Positions 19,512 through 29,653 of a stretch of DNA of 64,000 bases are shown in pieces. The first letter of the stretch is position 1, and each line of letters opens with the position of its first letter. Below the pieces are notes generated by a model that was not told the origin of the DNA, did not search any database, and worked only from the letters and a program-made list of their open reading frames with translations. The stretch lies in contig QEVF01000009.1 of NCBI GenBank assembly GCA_003576915.1, positions 17,638-81,637 on the forward strand, in the 5' to 3' direction. The stretch comes from Planctomycetota bacterium (GTDB taxonomy: Bacteria > Planctomycetota > UBA8742 > UBA2392). The position numbers were made by a program, and so were the translations under genes.

Positions 19512-19712
19512 GGAAACGTCTCCGTGTTGCCTCGGAGTGGTGCGAGGTAGCTAACCTCGGTAGGGCCCAGTCGAACGCCTTGGGGGGCGTTCGGTATAAC
19601 ATGGCAAACGGCTGAAACAACCCAAGGTTCAGGGGCCCTGACAAATTGGTGACGAAGCCTGAAAACAGTCAGGCCGGGCAGGAAGCCCGGCCTGAGTATC
19701 TGCGCCAAAGCA

Positions 19713-22418
19713 TCAGCGGTCGCGCGGCGCGGTTTCGCCCGACGGACGGTCACGCTCGATTTCTTCCTCGAGGTCGATGATGCGGGCCGTCACCACGATG
19801 ATGATGTCCTGGCGAACGGTGCTCTTGCCCTTGCGCTTGAAGAGCGAGCCGATCAGGGGCAGGTCCGAAAGGATGGGGATGCCGCTTTCCACGTCGGTTT
19901 CGCTCATGGTGCGCATGCCGCCGATGACGAAGCTGCCGCCGTCGGGCACCGTGACCGTGGTACGAATGCGCTGCAGGGTGAGCTGCGGCGTCTGGATGGC
20001 GACAGGCGAACCCACGCCCAGGGAGGTCACAAAGGTGGGAATCGGGCGCAGCAGCAGCGCCAGAGTCGGCCTCAGTTCCAGGGTGATGTAGCGGCGGTCA
20101 GCGCTGACCGTGGGCCGCACGTCCAGCACGATACCGTCGCGGATGATGCTGACCACAGGGTCCGCCACGGCAATACCCGTGGCCTGGCTGGTGTTGAAGT
20201 CCGAGATGTAGGCCACCTCATTGAGCACGCTGACGTGGGCGCGCTGGGTGTTGTGCACCGTGATGCGCGGTGCCGTGAGCAGCGTGGCACGCTCGCGCTT
20301 GCGCACGGCGCGGATGATGGCGTTGATCTCGGGGTTGTCCACGAAGGCGAGCTGGAATGAAGCGCCGCCCGAATTCGTCAGGCCAAATCCGCCGCGTGTT
20401 CCGCCCAGAGCCTTGTCGAACAGGTTCTCGACGCGGGCGCGCTGGTCAATGCGCACGTTGCCCGAAGGAGGCATGTCCTGAAAGAAGAAGCCCGCGTCGT
20501 TGCCCGTACCGCCGGGACCGGCGGGGTTGGCGTTGTTGCCGAACTGGATGTCGTCCAGCGCGGCAGGAACGGGCGGATTGCCCGGCGCCGGAATCTGCGG
20601 GCTTCCGCCCACGCCGCGGAAGTCGAGGCCGATGTCCTCGAGGAAATCGTCGCGGATCGTGATGAAGCGCGACTCCACGCTGACGGTCAGGCCCTGCGAG
20701 CGGCGCAGGTCGTTCAGCAGTTGCGCCACCTTCTCGATGTTGTCGGGGTTGTTCAGGATGATCAGTTCCTGCTGGCGCGTCGAGATGCCGTGCCCTTCCT
20801 TGCTCCAGCTGTCGGGGTCAATGGACTCCTCGATCACCCCCTGCAGGTCCTCAATCGTCAGGGGGTCGGCCTCGGGCCGGTCCTGATCCTGGGTGAAGCG
20901 GTCGGTGTCGTTGGCATCCGTGCGCAGGCGGGGCTCGTCGCCCTTGAAAGTCCGCAGGTTCACCAGCAAGTCGGCCACGTTGAACACGCGCCGCGCCACG
21001 TTGCGGCCTTCATCGGAGCCCTTGGCGCCGATGATGACCGCGCCGTTTTCCACCCGCCAAGACAACTCGATGGAATCGCAGATCAGGTTCAGTGCCTGGC
21101 GCAGCTTCACGCGGCCCACGTCGATCGTCACCGGGGTCTCCCCCGGAACGTCGCGGGCGCGCAGGATGTTGATCTTGCCGTCCGCCTTCAGCTTCTTGAT
21201 GACGTCGTCCAGGGTCTGCTCTTCAAAGCTCAGCAGCAGGTCCACCGTTTCCAGGGCGCTGCGGACAGCCAGGTCTTCCTTCGACAGCGGCGTCTTGCGC
21301 GAACGCTCCAGACGGTCCGCGCGCTGTTCCGTGCGCTGCCAGTCTTCGTAGTCGGGCAACTCCACCGTGCTCTTGGGAAACACGTTGGTGTGCACGATCT
21401 GGGCCATCACCTGCTTCCAGTTCTGGTTGAAGGCCTCCCAGGTGTCGCGGTCGGCCTTGCCGCGCTCAAGGTCGCGGGCGATGTTCTTCAGGCGGGCGAC
21501 CTCGGCGTTATAGGGGTCTTCACGCAGAATCTGGTTGAGCACCGTGATCGTCTCGCCGTACTCGCGGCGGTCAAAGAGCTCCTTGGCCTTCGAATAGAGA
21601 CTGCGAATCTGCTCGCGGTAGCGGTCGAGTTCTTCCTGCATCTCGAGCTCGCGGATACGGCGCTCCTGCTCCTGCGTCGTGACGTAGTCCTTGACCCGGG
21701 CCTCTTCGCGCTTCTGCCTCGCCTCTTCAATCATCAGGCGGGCCTCGCGCTCCTTGGCCTCGGTGTCGAGCATGTAGCCCGTCCAGCGGATCACATCAAG
21801 GACCTTTTCCAGCTCCGCTATGGCCTTGTTGTACTCGCCGTCGCGCATGAGGCGGTCGGCGCGGTCAAGGCCGGCGTCGATCTCATAGATGGCCTCGGCG
21901 CGCAGCGCCTGGTCTTCATTGCTGCGGGCGCGCGCCACGTTCGATGACTCGCCCCGCGAAAGGCCCAGCACGCGCTCCACATCGTCACGCACCTGGGCCG
22001 CCTTCACGTTGCCCGGGTCCATGTCCAGAGCGTCGTTGGCCAGCGCGCGCGCCTTGTCGTAGTTCGCCTCGCGATAGTACGTGTAGGCTTCCTGGGCGTA
22101 GTAGTCGGCCAGGGCCTTGAGCTCTCCCTCGTTGAACTTGCCGCCGCCCGCACGGCTGCCCCGACCGCCCTGCACTTCGCGGGCCGTGCCCTCACCCGAC
22201 GCGGCAGGCTTGGACGCCTCTTCGCGGGCTTCCTGACGGCCCGCGCGATCAGCGCTGCTTTCCTTGCCGTCGTCAAACTTCGCGACGTAGTCGTCCGTCG
22301 TCGGTTTCACCGAGACGTTGTCGACCGGCTTGGTCGAGGAGGCACAGGCGGCAATGAAGCCAAATGACGCGGCTACGGCAACGTACGCCAAGCGCTTCTG
22401 AAGCCTAAGCTTCTTCAT
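19713..22418 (-). CDS. Secretin-family outer-membrane channel lipoprotein with N-terminal TPR/coiled region
   Basis: Lipobox FGFIAAC. The C-terminal secretin signature is GGMRTMSETDVESGIPILSDLPLIGSLFKRKGKS...IIIVVTARI. Confidence 0.85.
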   Translation of the reverse strand: MKKLRLQKRLAYVAVAASFGFIAACASSTKPVDNVSVKPTTDDYVAKFDDGKESSADRAGRQEAREEASKPAASGEGTAREVQGGRGSRAGGGKFNEGELKALADYYAQEAYTYYREANYDKARALANDALDMDPGNVKAAQVRDDVERVLGLSRGESSNVARARSNEDQALRAEAIYEIDAGLDRADRLMRDGEYNKAIAELEKVLDVIRWTGYMLDTEAKEREARLMIEEARQKREEARVKDYVTTQEQERRIRELEMQEELDRYREQIRSLYSKAKELFDRREYGETITVLNQILREDPYNAEVARLKNIARDLERGKADRDTWEAFNQNWKQVMAQIVHTNVFPKSTVELPDYEDWQRTEQRADRLERSRKTPLSKEDLAVRSALETVDLLLSFEEQTLDDVIKKLKADGKINILRARDVPGETPVTIDVGRVKLRQALNLICDSIELSWRVENGAVIIGAKGSDEGRNVARRVFNVADLLVNLRTFKGDEPRLRTDANDTDRFTQDQDRPEADPLTIEDLQGVIEESIDPDSWSKEGHGISTRQQELIILNNPDNIEKVAQLLNDLRRSQGLTVSVESRFITIRDDFLEDIGLDFRGVGGSPQIPAPGNPPVPAALDDIQFGNNANPAGPGGTGNDAGFFFQDMPPSGNVRIDQRARVENLFDKALGGTRGGFGLTNSGGASFQLAFVDNPEINAIIRAVRKRERATLLTAPRITVHNTQRAHVSVLNEVAYISDFNTSQATGIAVADPVVSIIRDGIVLDVRPTVSADRRYITLELRPTLALLLRPIPTFVTSLGVGSPVAIQTPQLTLQRIRTTVTVPDGGSFVIGGMRTMSETDVESGIPILSDLPLIGSLFKRKGKSTVRQDIIIVVTARIIDLEEEIERDRPSGETAPRDR

Positions 22419-22611
22419 AATTGCTCCACAGCGTCGGGGAACCCGGGGACGCAGCGTGAGGGGATAGAGTTTCTTTGGGGGCCTTTAATGTAGCTGCGAG
22501 GGGCAGCCTGTCAACAACCTGCATGGCAATGCGCGTCATTGATGCGTCATGGCTCCAGACGAAGGGAGCCCCGCCACGGCGGGGCCCCGACCTCGTGAGA
22601 ACAACGCTCCA

Positions 22612-24561
22612 TCAGCGGTCGACGTAGTGGACGCCGAAGATGTCCATCTGGGCCGAGCCCAGTTTGACCACGCGCTTGTCCACGCCTTCGAACGTGAGGC
22701 CAGTCTCACTGGAAACGTCCAGAAGAGCCAGCTTGGCGATATCGGCGGGTCTCACTGCCACGCCGCCATCGGTGAAGCACTGCACCATGCCTGCCGTGCC
22801 GGCCAGTTTCTTGATGCCGGCGGCATCCAGGCCGATGGACTCCCCCTTCTTGACGTCATGCATCACCACGACGCGGTACCAGCGACTGTCCACCTGTTTC
22901 CAGATGGTCAGCTCAAAGCGGGCATTGCCGGCCTTGCCGTTGGCGGAGTAAACGCGCATGGCAATGGGGTTGGTCATGCCCGCGGGATCGGTGTTTTCGA
23001 TGGAGGGCGCGTCCTTGGTGTCACGAGGCAGCACAAAGCGCGTGCCCGAACGATCGGACAACTCGAGGTCCGAGCCGGAGAAACCGGAGAGGGCCCAGGG
23101 CGTCGTGAAGTCCAGGGTATCCTTCATGGAGGAAAGGGACTTGAGCAGGTCGGCGCTGGGTTTGCCCTCGGCATCGAGAACCCGTACTTCCCGCTCCTTG
23201 AGGGCTGCGAAGTTGTAGCGGCCGCCCAGTTGGTTGGCCCCATCAAGCACGAGCGACTCGACGATTTCCACACGGCGCCACTCGCCCCCCACCTCGGCAA
23301 ACCGGGAGAGGCGAACCTTGGCGTCCTGAGTGCCCTTGGACTGCCATGAGAGGTACACGCGGTTGTACAGCACCACGGGGCGGTGGGCCTGCTCGGCGCG
23401 CTCGGACGTCTTGAAGCCTTCCACGAACTTGTCGTCAGACTTCAAGCCGGCCTTCAGCTTCTCCTTGGTGGTGGCGCGCACCGCATAACGGTACGTCGTT
23501 TCGGTATTGAACGTGGTATCGACGAAGCTGGTCTCCGTCACGGGCGACGGCGTGATCAGCTCCCAGTCCGAAGGTTCCGGCGGACGCGTGGGCTTGGCAT
23601 CCTTGGTTTCGAGTTCGTAGTCGCGCTCTGATTTGCCCTTGTTGCCTTCGGTCTTCTGCCAGGCCGTAAAGCGAGCGCGCCACTTGCTTTCGGCGTCGCG
23701 GTAACGGGGCAGATCTTCCCGGTTATAGCGCGTCTTGCGGGCATCGGCGTCGGTGGGACTGAAGCGCTCAACCCAGTAGGCAAGGTCCGACGGAGCGTCT
23801 TTGATGCTGGGCGCATTCCAGGTGATCGTAATCTTGAAGTTACGGGCATCGGCCACGGCCACGACGCTATCCGGCGCAGCGAGGTCAAACTCCGTCACGG
23901 TGGGAGCAGCTCCGGCAATGAATTCGTCGAAATTCAGGAAGCTGTCGCCATCGGCGTCCTTGGACTTGAAATCGCTCTTGCCCGAGGCGGCATACTCGGA
24001 CTCGGTCAGCTTCCCGTCCTTGTTGCGGTCGAGATCGTCAAACTGCTTGCGGCGGGGGTCCACTTCACGCTCGTTGTACTCATCTTCGTCGAGCGAACCG
24101 ATGGGCGCGCGCTTGTCCAACTCATCGAAAGTGCGACCCTGACGGGCCTTCCTGGTCTTGTCGAACTCGTCGCGCGAGAGTTTGCCATCGCGGTTTTCAT
24201 CGGCTGCGGCGAAATCCAGCCCCTCCGTCGCGCCCAGCACTACGCGAAACTGCAGGGGCAGATCGAGCGCCTTACGCTCGTTCGCGACGGGACCGGCCAC
24301 GGGCACTTTGCCCGCGGGGCCGAGGCCCGCTGCCGCGCCGTCAATGCCCTGAGCCATGAACTTCACGTTGCCGGTCACCTTGGGGTCGTTGAGCTTGCTG
24401 TTGACCTGGGCCACGGTGTCGGCGATGGTCCGGGCGGGCTTGTCGGTGTCGCCGACGAGAAAGACCGCCAGAATGAAGACAATCATGAGCACGGCGCCGA
24501 GTACCGGCGCACCCATGGGTCCGTGCTTGATAAGGGCGCTGCTCTTGTTGGGTTCTGCCAT
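22612..24561 (-). CDS. Bitopic protein with three EF-hand-like Ca-binding loops and a large beta-rich C-terminal region
   Basis: AGGAGG lies 7 nt upstream of the ATG at 24561. TM helix GAPVLGAVLMIVFILAVFLV. The loops are DENRDGKLSRDEF, DRNKDGKLTESEY, DADGDSFLNFDEF. Confidence 0.7.
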   Translation of the reverse strand: MAEPNKSSALIKHGPMGAPVLGAVLMIVFILAVFLVGDTDKPARTIADTVAQVNSKLNDPKVTGNVKFMAQGIDGAAAGLGPAGKVPVAGPVANERKALDLPLQFRVVLGATEGLDFAAADENRDGKLSRDEFDKTRKARQGRTFDELDKRAPIGSLDEDEYNEREVDPRRKQFDDLDRNKDGKLTESEYAASGKSDFKSKDADGDSFLNFDEFIAGAAPTVTEFDLAAPDSVVAVADARNFKITITWNAPSIKDAPSDLAYWVERFSPTDADARKTRYNREDLPRYRDAESKWRARFTAWQKTEGNKGKSERDYELETKDAKPTRPPEPSDWELITPSPVTETSFVDTTFNTETTYRYAVRATTKEKLKAGLKSDDKFVEGFKTSERAEQAHRPVVLYNRVYLSWQSKGTQDAKVRLSRFAEVGGEWRRVEIVESLVLDGANQLGGRYNFAALKEREVRVLDAEGKPSADLLKSLSSMKDTLDFTTPWALSGFSGSDLELSDRSGTRFVLPRDTKDAPSIENTDPAGMTNPIAMRVYSANGKAGNARFELTIWKQVDSRWYRVVVMHDVKKGESIGLDAAGIKKLAGTAGMVQCFTDGGVAVRPADIAKLALLDVSSETGLTFEGVDKRVVKLGSAQMDIFGVHYVDR

Positions 24562-24617
24562 GTCCGGCCCTCCTGCGGGGCTTGCTGTTGCGTAAGTTCC
24601 TGTGGGCTGCGTGGGGC

Positions 24618-25652
24618 TTATTGGTCGGCCGGCGCGGCTTGGGCCTTGATGCCGGGCACCCACCGGGGATTGGCGCGCAGCGCTGACAACTTGAGTTCAA
24701 AGCGCATGGACACGCCGTAAACCGTTTCAGCCTCGAGCTTGCGGGCGACTTCCGCGCGCTTGGCGTTGTCCCACTGTTCATCGGTGACGTCCGGGGGAAT
24801 TTCCCACTTTGCGCGCTCTTCGGCCGAAATCTCGTAGCCCGTGTCATGGGCCCGCGACGACTGGAAGCCTGTCAGGGAGACCAGCTCAAGGGGCAGTCCT
24901 TCGCGTTTGCCGCCGCGGGACTCCATGGTGGCGTTTGAGGGCACGAGCAGGCTGTCCGTGATCGCCAGGGCCAGGCTCGGCGAAGCGTTGAACACGAACT
25001 GGAACTCGTGGCGCAGCCAGGGTTCCTTCTCTTCCGCCTGGGGTTCGTTGTTGAAGCTTCCGAACTCGAACTTCCTGAAGCTGAAGGGAGCTGAGGCGTA
25101 TTCCGGCATGGCCTTGAGGCACTCACACACCACGAGCACTTCGGCCATCACGCGCAGGCGCGCCTGCATCATCAGGATTTCAGGCTGCTGGATACGGCGC
25201 ATGTCCGAGGCGGTCTGCTCCCAGAAGCGCGCGCCCTCATTTTCTTCGGGCTGCATCTTGCGACCCAGCTTGACCAGCAAGTTAGGAAGAGGCCATTCCG
25301 CCTCCAGGGCCTGAAAGCGCATCTGCAATGCAGAGATGGTGCGCGAGGCGTCGTTGTTGAAGTCGTCAGGCGTGGCGTAGGTCTTGTCAAAACGCAGCAG
25401 GGCCTTGCCCTGGTTGCTTTCCCAGTCCGCGCGGAACTTCTCGACCTCCGCGATGAAGCGGGCCTGGCGAGCCTGGATGTCCTTGACGTCTCCCGCCGAA
25501 GGGATGGACTGCTTGGCCGCAGCCTGGAGCTTGCCGGCGGCCGCCGTCAGGTCGCTTTCGGCACCGGACTTGACCATGACCCCGACGCCCGTCATGACCA
25601 GGCCCAGGAAGCCGAGCACACCGAAGAGGATGAAATGCAGTGAGTCCTTCAT
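24618..25652 (-). CDS. Bitopic membrane protein (occupies the PilO/PilP position)
   Basis: AGGAG lies 8 nt upstream of the ATG at 25652. TM helix FILFGVLGFLGLVMTGVGVMV. No motif recognised. Confidence 0.55.
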   Translation of the reverse strand: MKDSLHFILFGVLGFLGLVMTGVGVMVKSGAESDLTAAAGKLQAAAKQSIPSAGDVKDIQARQARFIAEVEKFRADWESNQGKALLRFDKTYATPDDFNNDASRTISALQMRFQALEAEWPLPNLLVKLGRKMQPEENEGARFWEQTASDMRRIQQPEILMMQARLRVMAEVLVVCECLKAMPEYASAPFSFRKFEFGSFNNEPQAEEKEPWLRHEFQFVFNASPSLALAITDSLLVPSNATMESRGGKREGLPLELVSLTGFQSSRAHDTGYEISAEERAKWEIPPDVTDEQWDNAKRAEVARKLEAETVYGVSMRFELKLSALRANPRWVPGIKAQAAPADQ

Positions 25653-25692
25653 GAGTCCAACTCCTGTTTGCCGCTTCAGCAAAAGGTCCGGG

Positions 25693-27747
25693 TTACTGGT
25701 TTGATGCGTCCGCCGGAGGAGGCGGGGGCTCAATGGCGTCCAGCTTCAGCGTGACCTGAACGCGGAAGGGGGCAAAGAACCGCTTGTCCAGCTTCGTGCG
25801 ATCGCCCAGGGTGTCCAGCACGAACGGCTTGCCGGGAATGCCGGCGCCCAGCAACAGCGCGGTGTTGCCCGGCGTGACATCGGAGAGAACCTTGATGGTC
25901 AGGTTCTCCCACTTGATCTCCTTGATCACCTGCTCGCTCAGACCCTCAAGCTGGTTGCTGGCCTTGAGTTCAGCCAGCAGGGCCGCGGCCAGCTTCTGGG
26001 CCACCAGTCCGCCGTTGCCGTCGCGCCCGCCGACCAGCACTTCCGCCGCGCGATCCACCGCCGACGCCTGCTGCGAGGCCAGTTGAACCATGGCGCCCAG
26101 GGAGGCCTCGTAGCGAAGCTCCCGTTTGGCCGTGAAGTAGCGCGGCGCCTCGGGGTTCGCGGCTTCGCCCGCAGCGGGCGCCTGCAGGGGCACGAGGGCC
26201 GTTTCATAGAGCGTGGGCTTGAGCACCATGGCGGCGTTGCCGCTGCCTTCACCGGGATTGTTGATGCGCAGGACCCTGTCATCCTTGCTGGATTCGGCGT
26301 ACTCGGCGATGGCCGTGTCCACGGCCCGCGCCACCAGCCCCGGCAGCATGCGCACGGGCAACTCGAAGTATCGGGTTTCCTCCCGCGCCGGCTCGCCCTG
26401 CGTGCCCGGCACGGTGTACTTGACCATGCCCACGCGGCCCAGGGCCAGGTTCTTGAAGCTGCGCGCCCTCAACTCGTTTTCTTCGTTCTGCTGGGCCAGG
26501 GCCACGGCGCCGGTGGCTGCCGAAACGTCGGCCTCGGCCTTGGTGGCCGGCGCGATCTTCTCTTCCTTGCCGCCCGCGGCCCCCACACCCAGCACCAGGG
26601 CCACCAGTCCGCCCACGAACATCATGGCGCCCGCGGCAATCATGGGCACCTTGAGCTTGGCCTTTTCGCGAGCCTCCAGGCGCTCGCGCGGCATCAGGTT
26701 GATGGTGTTCAGGCCGGCCACGCCGAGGGCCTCCAGGCCCAGGCCAATGGCCACCGTGAGGCTCTGGATGTTGTCCTGGACTTCCGCGGGGTCCACGCTG
26801 CGCGAAAGCTGGAGCCTGGCCGGCGTTTCAACCTTGTGAACCTTGTATTGAAGCTGCTGCTCGAAGAACTTCTGGATGTTGATGAGCTTGGAGCCGTTGC
26901 CCATCATCACCAGCTGGTTGATGTTCGCGCTCTCGTTCTGGCTCTTGTAGAAGCCCACGGCGCGATAGATCTCACCCACCATTTCCTTCAGCGGCGGCTT
27001 CATGGCCTCGAACACCGCTGCCGCGTCTTTGCTCTTCGCTGCGCGGCGCTTGAGTTTTTCAGCGTCGTCGTCGGAGAGCTTGAAGCGGGCCTTCAGGGCC
27101 TTGGTGATGTCGTTGCCGGCCACGGGCACCACGCGCACATAGGTCTTCTGGCCGTCAATCACCACGAGGTCGGTGTTTTCCGCGCCGATGTCAATGGCAA
27201 CGCAGCAGGAGCTCACGCCCTCGTCGAGTTCGAACTTGATGTAGTTGTAGATGCCCAGGGGGGCCACCTGGATGCCCGTGATTTCGAGGCCCGCGGCCTC
27301 GCAGGCATCCACAATTTCCTCTACGGCCTGCTTCTTGGCCGCATACAGGTTGACCTTGCGCTCATCGACGGCGGTCGGATCGTCGATGGTCTGGTAGTCC
27401 CACACAGCCTGGTCCAGGGGAATCGGCACCTGAGACTTGGCTTCGTTTTCGATGGTCTCGCGGACCTTCTCGTCGCTCACGGGCGGCAGGCTGATGATGC
27501 GGCCCAGCGTGTTCTGGCCCTTGATCGAGACATACACCGGCTCGCCACGCTTGATGCCGTTGGCCACGCGGAATGCCGCCAGGGCCGCCGAGGTGGCATC
27601 CGCCACGCTGGCGCCGCCGGCCAAACCATAGTCATTGAGGCTGACAATGCTGATGGTATCGAGGGTGACTGTGCCGCGGTCCTCCGTGAGTCGAACCGCC
27701 TTGATGCTCGATGTGCCGAGCTCAATGCCCCAAGCTGTTTTCGCCAT
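25693..27747 (-). CDS. PilM-like actin-fold domain fused to a TM helix and a ~300-aa periplasmic domain (PilM/PilN-like fusion)
   Basis: WGIELGTSSIKAVRL and IDIGAENTDLVVIDG are the PilM/FtsA-like phosphate-binding motifs. TM helix MIAAGAMMFVGGLVALVLGVGAAG lies at about residue 365. Confidence 0.75.
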   Translation of the reverse strand: MAKTAWGIELGTSSIKAVRLTEDRGTVTLDTISIVSLNDYGLAGGASVADATSAALAAFRVANGIKRGEPVYVSIKGQNTLGRIISLPPVSDEKVRETIENEAKSQVPIPLDQAVWDYQTIDDPTAVDERKVNLYAAKKQAVEEIVDACEAAGLEITGIQVAPLGIYNYIKFELDEGVSSCCVAIDIGAENTDLVVIDGQKTYVRVVPVAGNDITKALKARFKLSDDDAEKLKRRAAKSKDAAAVFEAMKPPLKEMVGEIYRAVGFYKSQNESANINQLVMMGNGSKLINIQKFFEQQLQYKVHKVETPARLQLSRSVDPAEVQDNIQSLTVAIGLGLEALGVAGLNTINLMPRERLEAREKAKLKVPMIAAGAMMFVGGLVALVLGVGAAGGKEEKIAPATKAEADVSAATGAVALAQQNEENELRARSFKNLALGRVGMVKYTVPGTQGEPAREETRYFELPVRMLPGLVARAVDTAIAEYAESSKDDRVLRINNPGEGSGNAAMVLKPTLYETALVPLQAPAAGEAANPEAPRYFTAKRELRYEASLGAMVQLASQQASAVDRAAEVLVGGRDGNGGLVAQKLAAALLAELKASNQLEGLSEQVIKEIKWENLTIKVLSDVTPGNTALLLGAGIPGKPFVLDTLGDRTKLDKRFFAPFRVQVTLKLDAIEPPPPPADASNQ

Positions 27748-28165
27748 GGATACCCCTGTGACGCACGTCGACGGTCAAAACGGGCCCTGCAACTCCCGAT
27801 AAACGGCGCGGCACTGCCCAGAAAAACAGGCAGCACGCCGAACGATCGCAGGATACCTGGGGGAGCCCACAGCATGGCCAAGCGCGCGCTCAACGTCAAG
27901 CGTGCATTGCCGTTCCATCGGCCGGTGGTTCGACTCAGGTTCTCGTGATCGCGCTGCGGTTATACAAGACCCCCGCCTGATGCCTACTGCGAATTCCTTG
28001 CGCAAACATCACGGGTTTTTCACGGGTTGACGAAACCGACGCCCGAACTTTGCGTCCAAGGCCTGACTGGATCAATTCACGAAAACTTGCCGAAATTGCC
28101 TCTTTACGGGTTATCCTCATCAGATGCCCCGTTTTGACACGACGCTTATCACAAGGAGGCCCGCC

Positions 28166-29653
28166 ATGCTCCGACTCCGCATTTTCCTGTCCCTCCTTGC
28201 GGCCCTCGGCCTTGCCTGCGGCGCCTGGGCGCAGGAAGAGGGCGAAGGTTCCGAACCGGCCGCCCCCGGCCGCGCCATCAGGGAACGGGCCGCCGCCGAC
28301 GCCCGCCTGCTGCTGCCGCAACTGGGGCTGGGCGGCTCGGAGAAGGTGCCCCTGAACCCCGAACTGGGAGAGGTGAGGCAGGTCAAGGCGGCCTTCGAGG
28401 GTGAGGGCGCCGACAAGCTGAAGGCCTGGGCGGCCCTGCCGCCCAACGCCGACAAGTCCCGCAAGCACGCCCTGGTGTTCGCCTTTGTGGGCGCCGGCGA
28501 CGAAGACACCAAGGAAGCCGTCAAGCAGGTCGCCGCCATCAATCAGTCGCGCGACCCCGTGGTCGTATGCTCTCTGGAATATCGCTTTACGCGCCCCGTC
28601 GACGAACGCACGGCGGTGATCGAATTCTGCGCGCCGGCAGAAGTCCGTCAGGCCGCCTGCCTCAAGCTGCTCCAGACCATGCTCAAGGATTACAACGTCG
28701 ATCCCCAGCGCGTCTTTCTGGTCAGTGACTGGGCGGGCAGCGAAGCCCTTGCCTGGTCGCGCCAGCTCTGGGAGACGGACGCCGATGCCTTTCCCTTCCG
28801 GGCCATCATCATCAACGGCACCGTGACCGCGCAGGCCGAGGAGTTGCCCCCGGTGCCCTACGTATTCGGCATCGAGGAGGAGGTGCTCAAAAGGTTCAAG
28901 GGCGAGCAGGCCGACCTCAACCCCAAGAACCTCACCAATGCCCTCATGGCGCGCGGTTCGCCTTGCCAGTTTCACGCCTACAAGAGTGCCGTCATCGGGG
29001 TGACGCCGCGCTGGCAGATGATCGTGCGCGACGCCGTCAATCGCCTTGGCGGCCCGGGCGCGGTGGTCTACCCCGAGCAGCTTACGGGGGCCAACGTGGT
29101 GACGGAGGCCGACGCCGTTCCCTTTGGCGAATCCAAGGACCCGCATGTGTCCAAGGTCGTGGAGCTGGCCAGGGCTGAGCGCTGGTCGGAGGCCTGGAAA
29201 TACATGAAGGACACCCTGGCCGACAAGAATCTGAAGCCCAAGGACAAGAAGCCGCTTCAGGACTTCCAGAAGGAATGGGACAAATACCTGACCGGCGAAC
29301 TGGATCGACTCAACAAGTCCATCGAGGCCAGCATCAAGGCCAACATGTGGTCCCACAACCTGCACCGGGCAAGGCTCACGGCCATGGTGGAAGCCTTCAA
29401 GGATGAGAAGTGGTGCAAGGGCAAGCCCTACGCAGCCAACATCGAGAAGCTCAAGACCTATCCGCCGGCCGAGCGTGAAAAGGCGCGTCGCGAGAAGCTG
29501 ACCCAGGCCATTGACCTTGAAATCGCCGGAGAACGGGACAAGGCCAAGGCGCTGTATGCCGAGGTGGCCAAAGGCCTGAATGAAGATGGCGGGCACAGCG
29601 AAAGCGCCAAGGCCGCCAAATACCGGCTCGACTGGTGGACGGACGTCCGGTAG
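28166..29653 (+). CDS. Secreted hypothetical protein
   Basis: AAGGAGG lies 6 nt upstream of the ATG at 28166. Signal peptide MLRLRIFLSLLAALGLACGAWA. The overlapping 553-aa minus-strand ORF is a shadow. Confidence 0.65.
   Translation: MLRLRIFLSLLAALGLACGAWAQEEGEGSEPAAPGRAIRERAAADARLLLPQLGLGGSEKVPLNPELGEVRQVKAAFEGEGADKLKAWAALPPNADKSRKHALVFAFVGAGDEDTKEAVKQVAAINQSRDPVVVCSLEYRFTRPVDERTAVIEFCAPAEVRQAACLKLLQTMLKDYNVDPQRVFLVSDWAGSEALAWSRQLWETDADAFPFRAIIINGTVTAQAEELPPVPYVFGIEEEVLKRFKGEQADLNPKNLTNALMARGSPCQFHAYKSAVIGVTPRWQMIVRDAVNRLGGPGAVVYPEQLTGANVVTEADAVPFGESKDPHVSKVVELARAERWSEAWKYMKDTLADKNLKPKDKKPLQDFQKEWDKYLTGELDRLNKSIEASIKANMWSHNLHRARLTAMVEAFKDEKWCKGKPYAANIEKLKTYPPAEREKARREKLTQAIDLEIAGERDKAKALYAEVAKGLNEDGGHSESAKAAKYRLDWWTDVR

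Noticed and set aside
27935-29596. 553-aa minus-strand ORF
   Set aside because: The plus-strand gene at 28166-29653 has an AAGGAGG RBS, a signal peptide and normal K/E/D content. The minus-strand ORF looks like a shadow.
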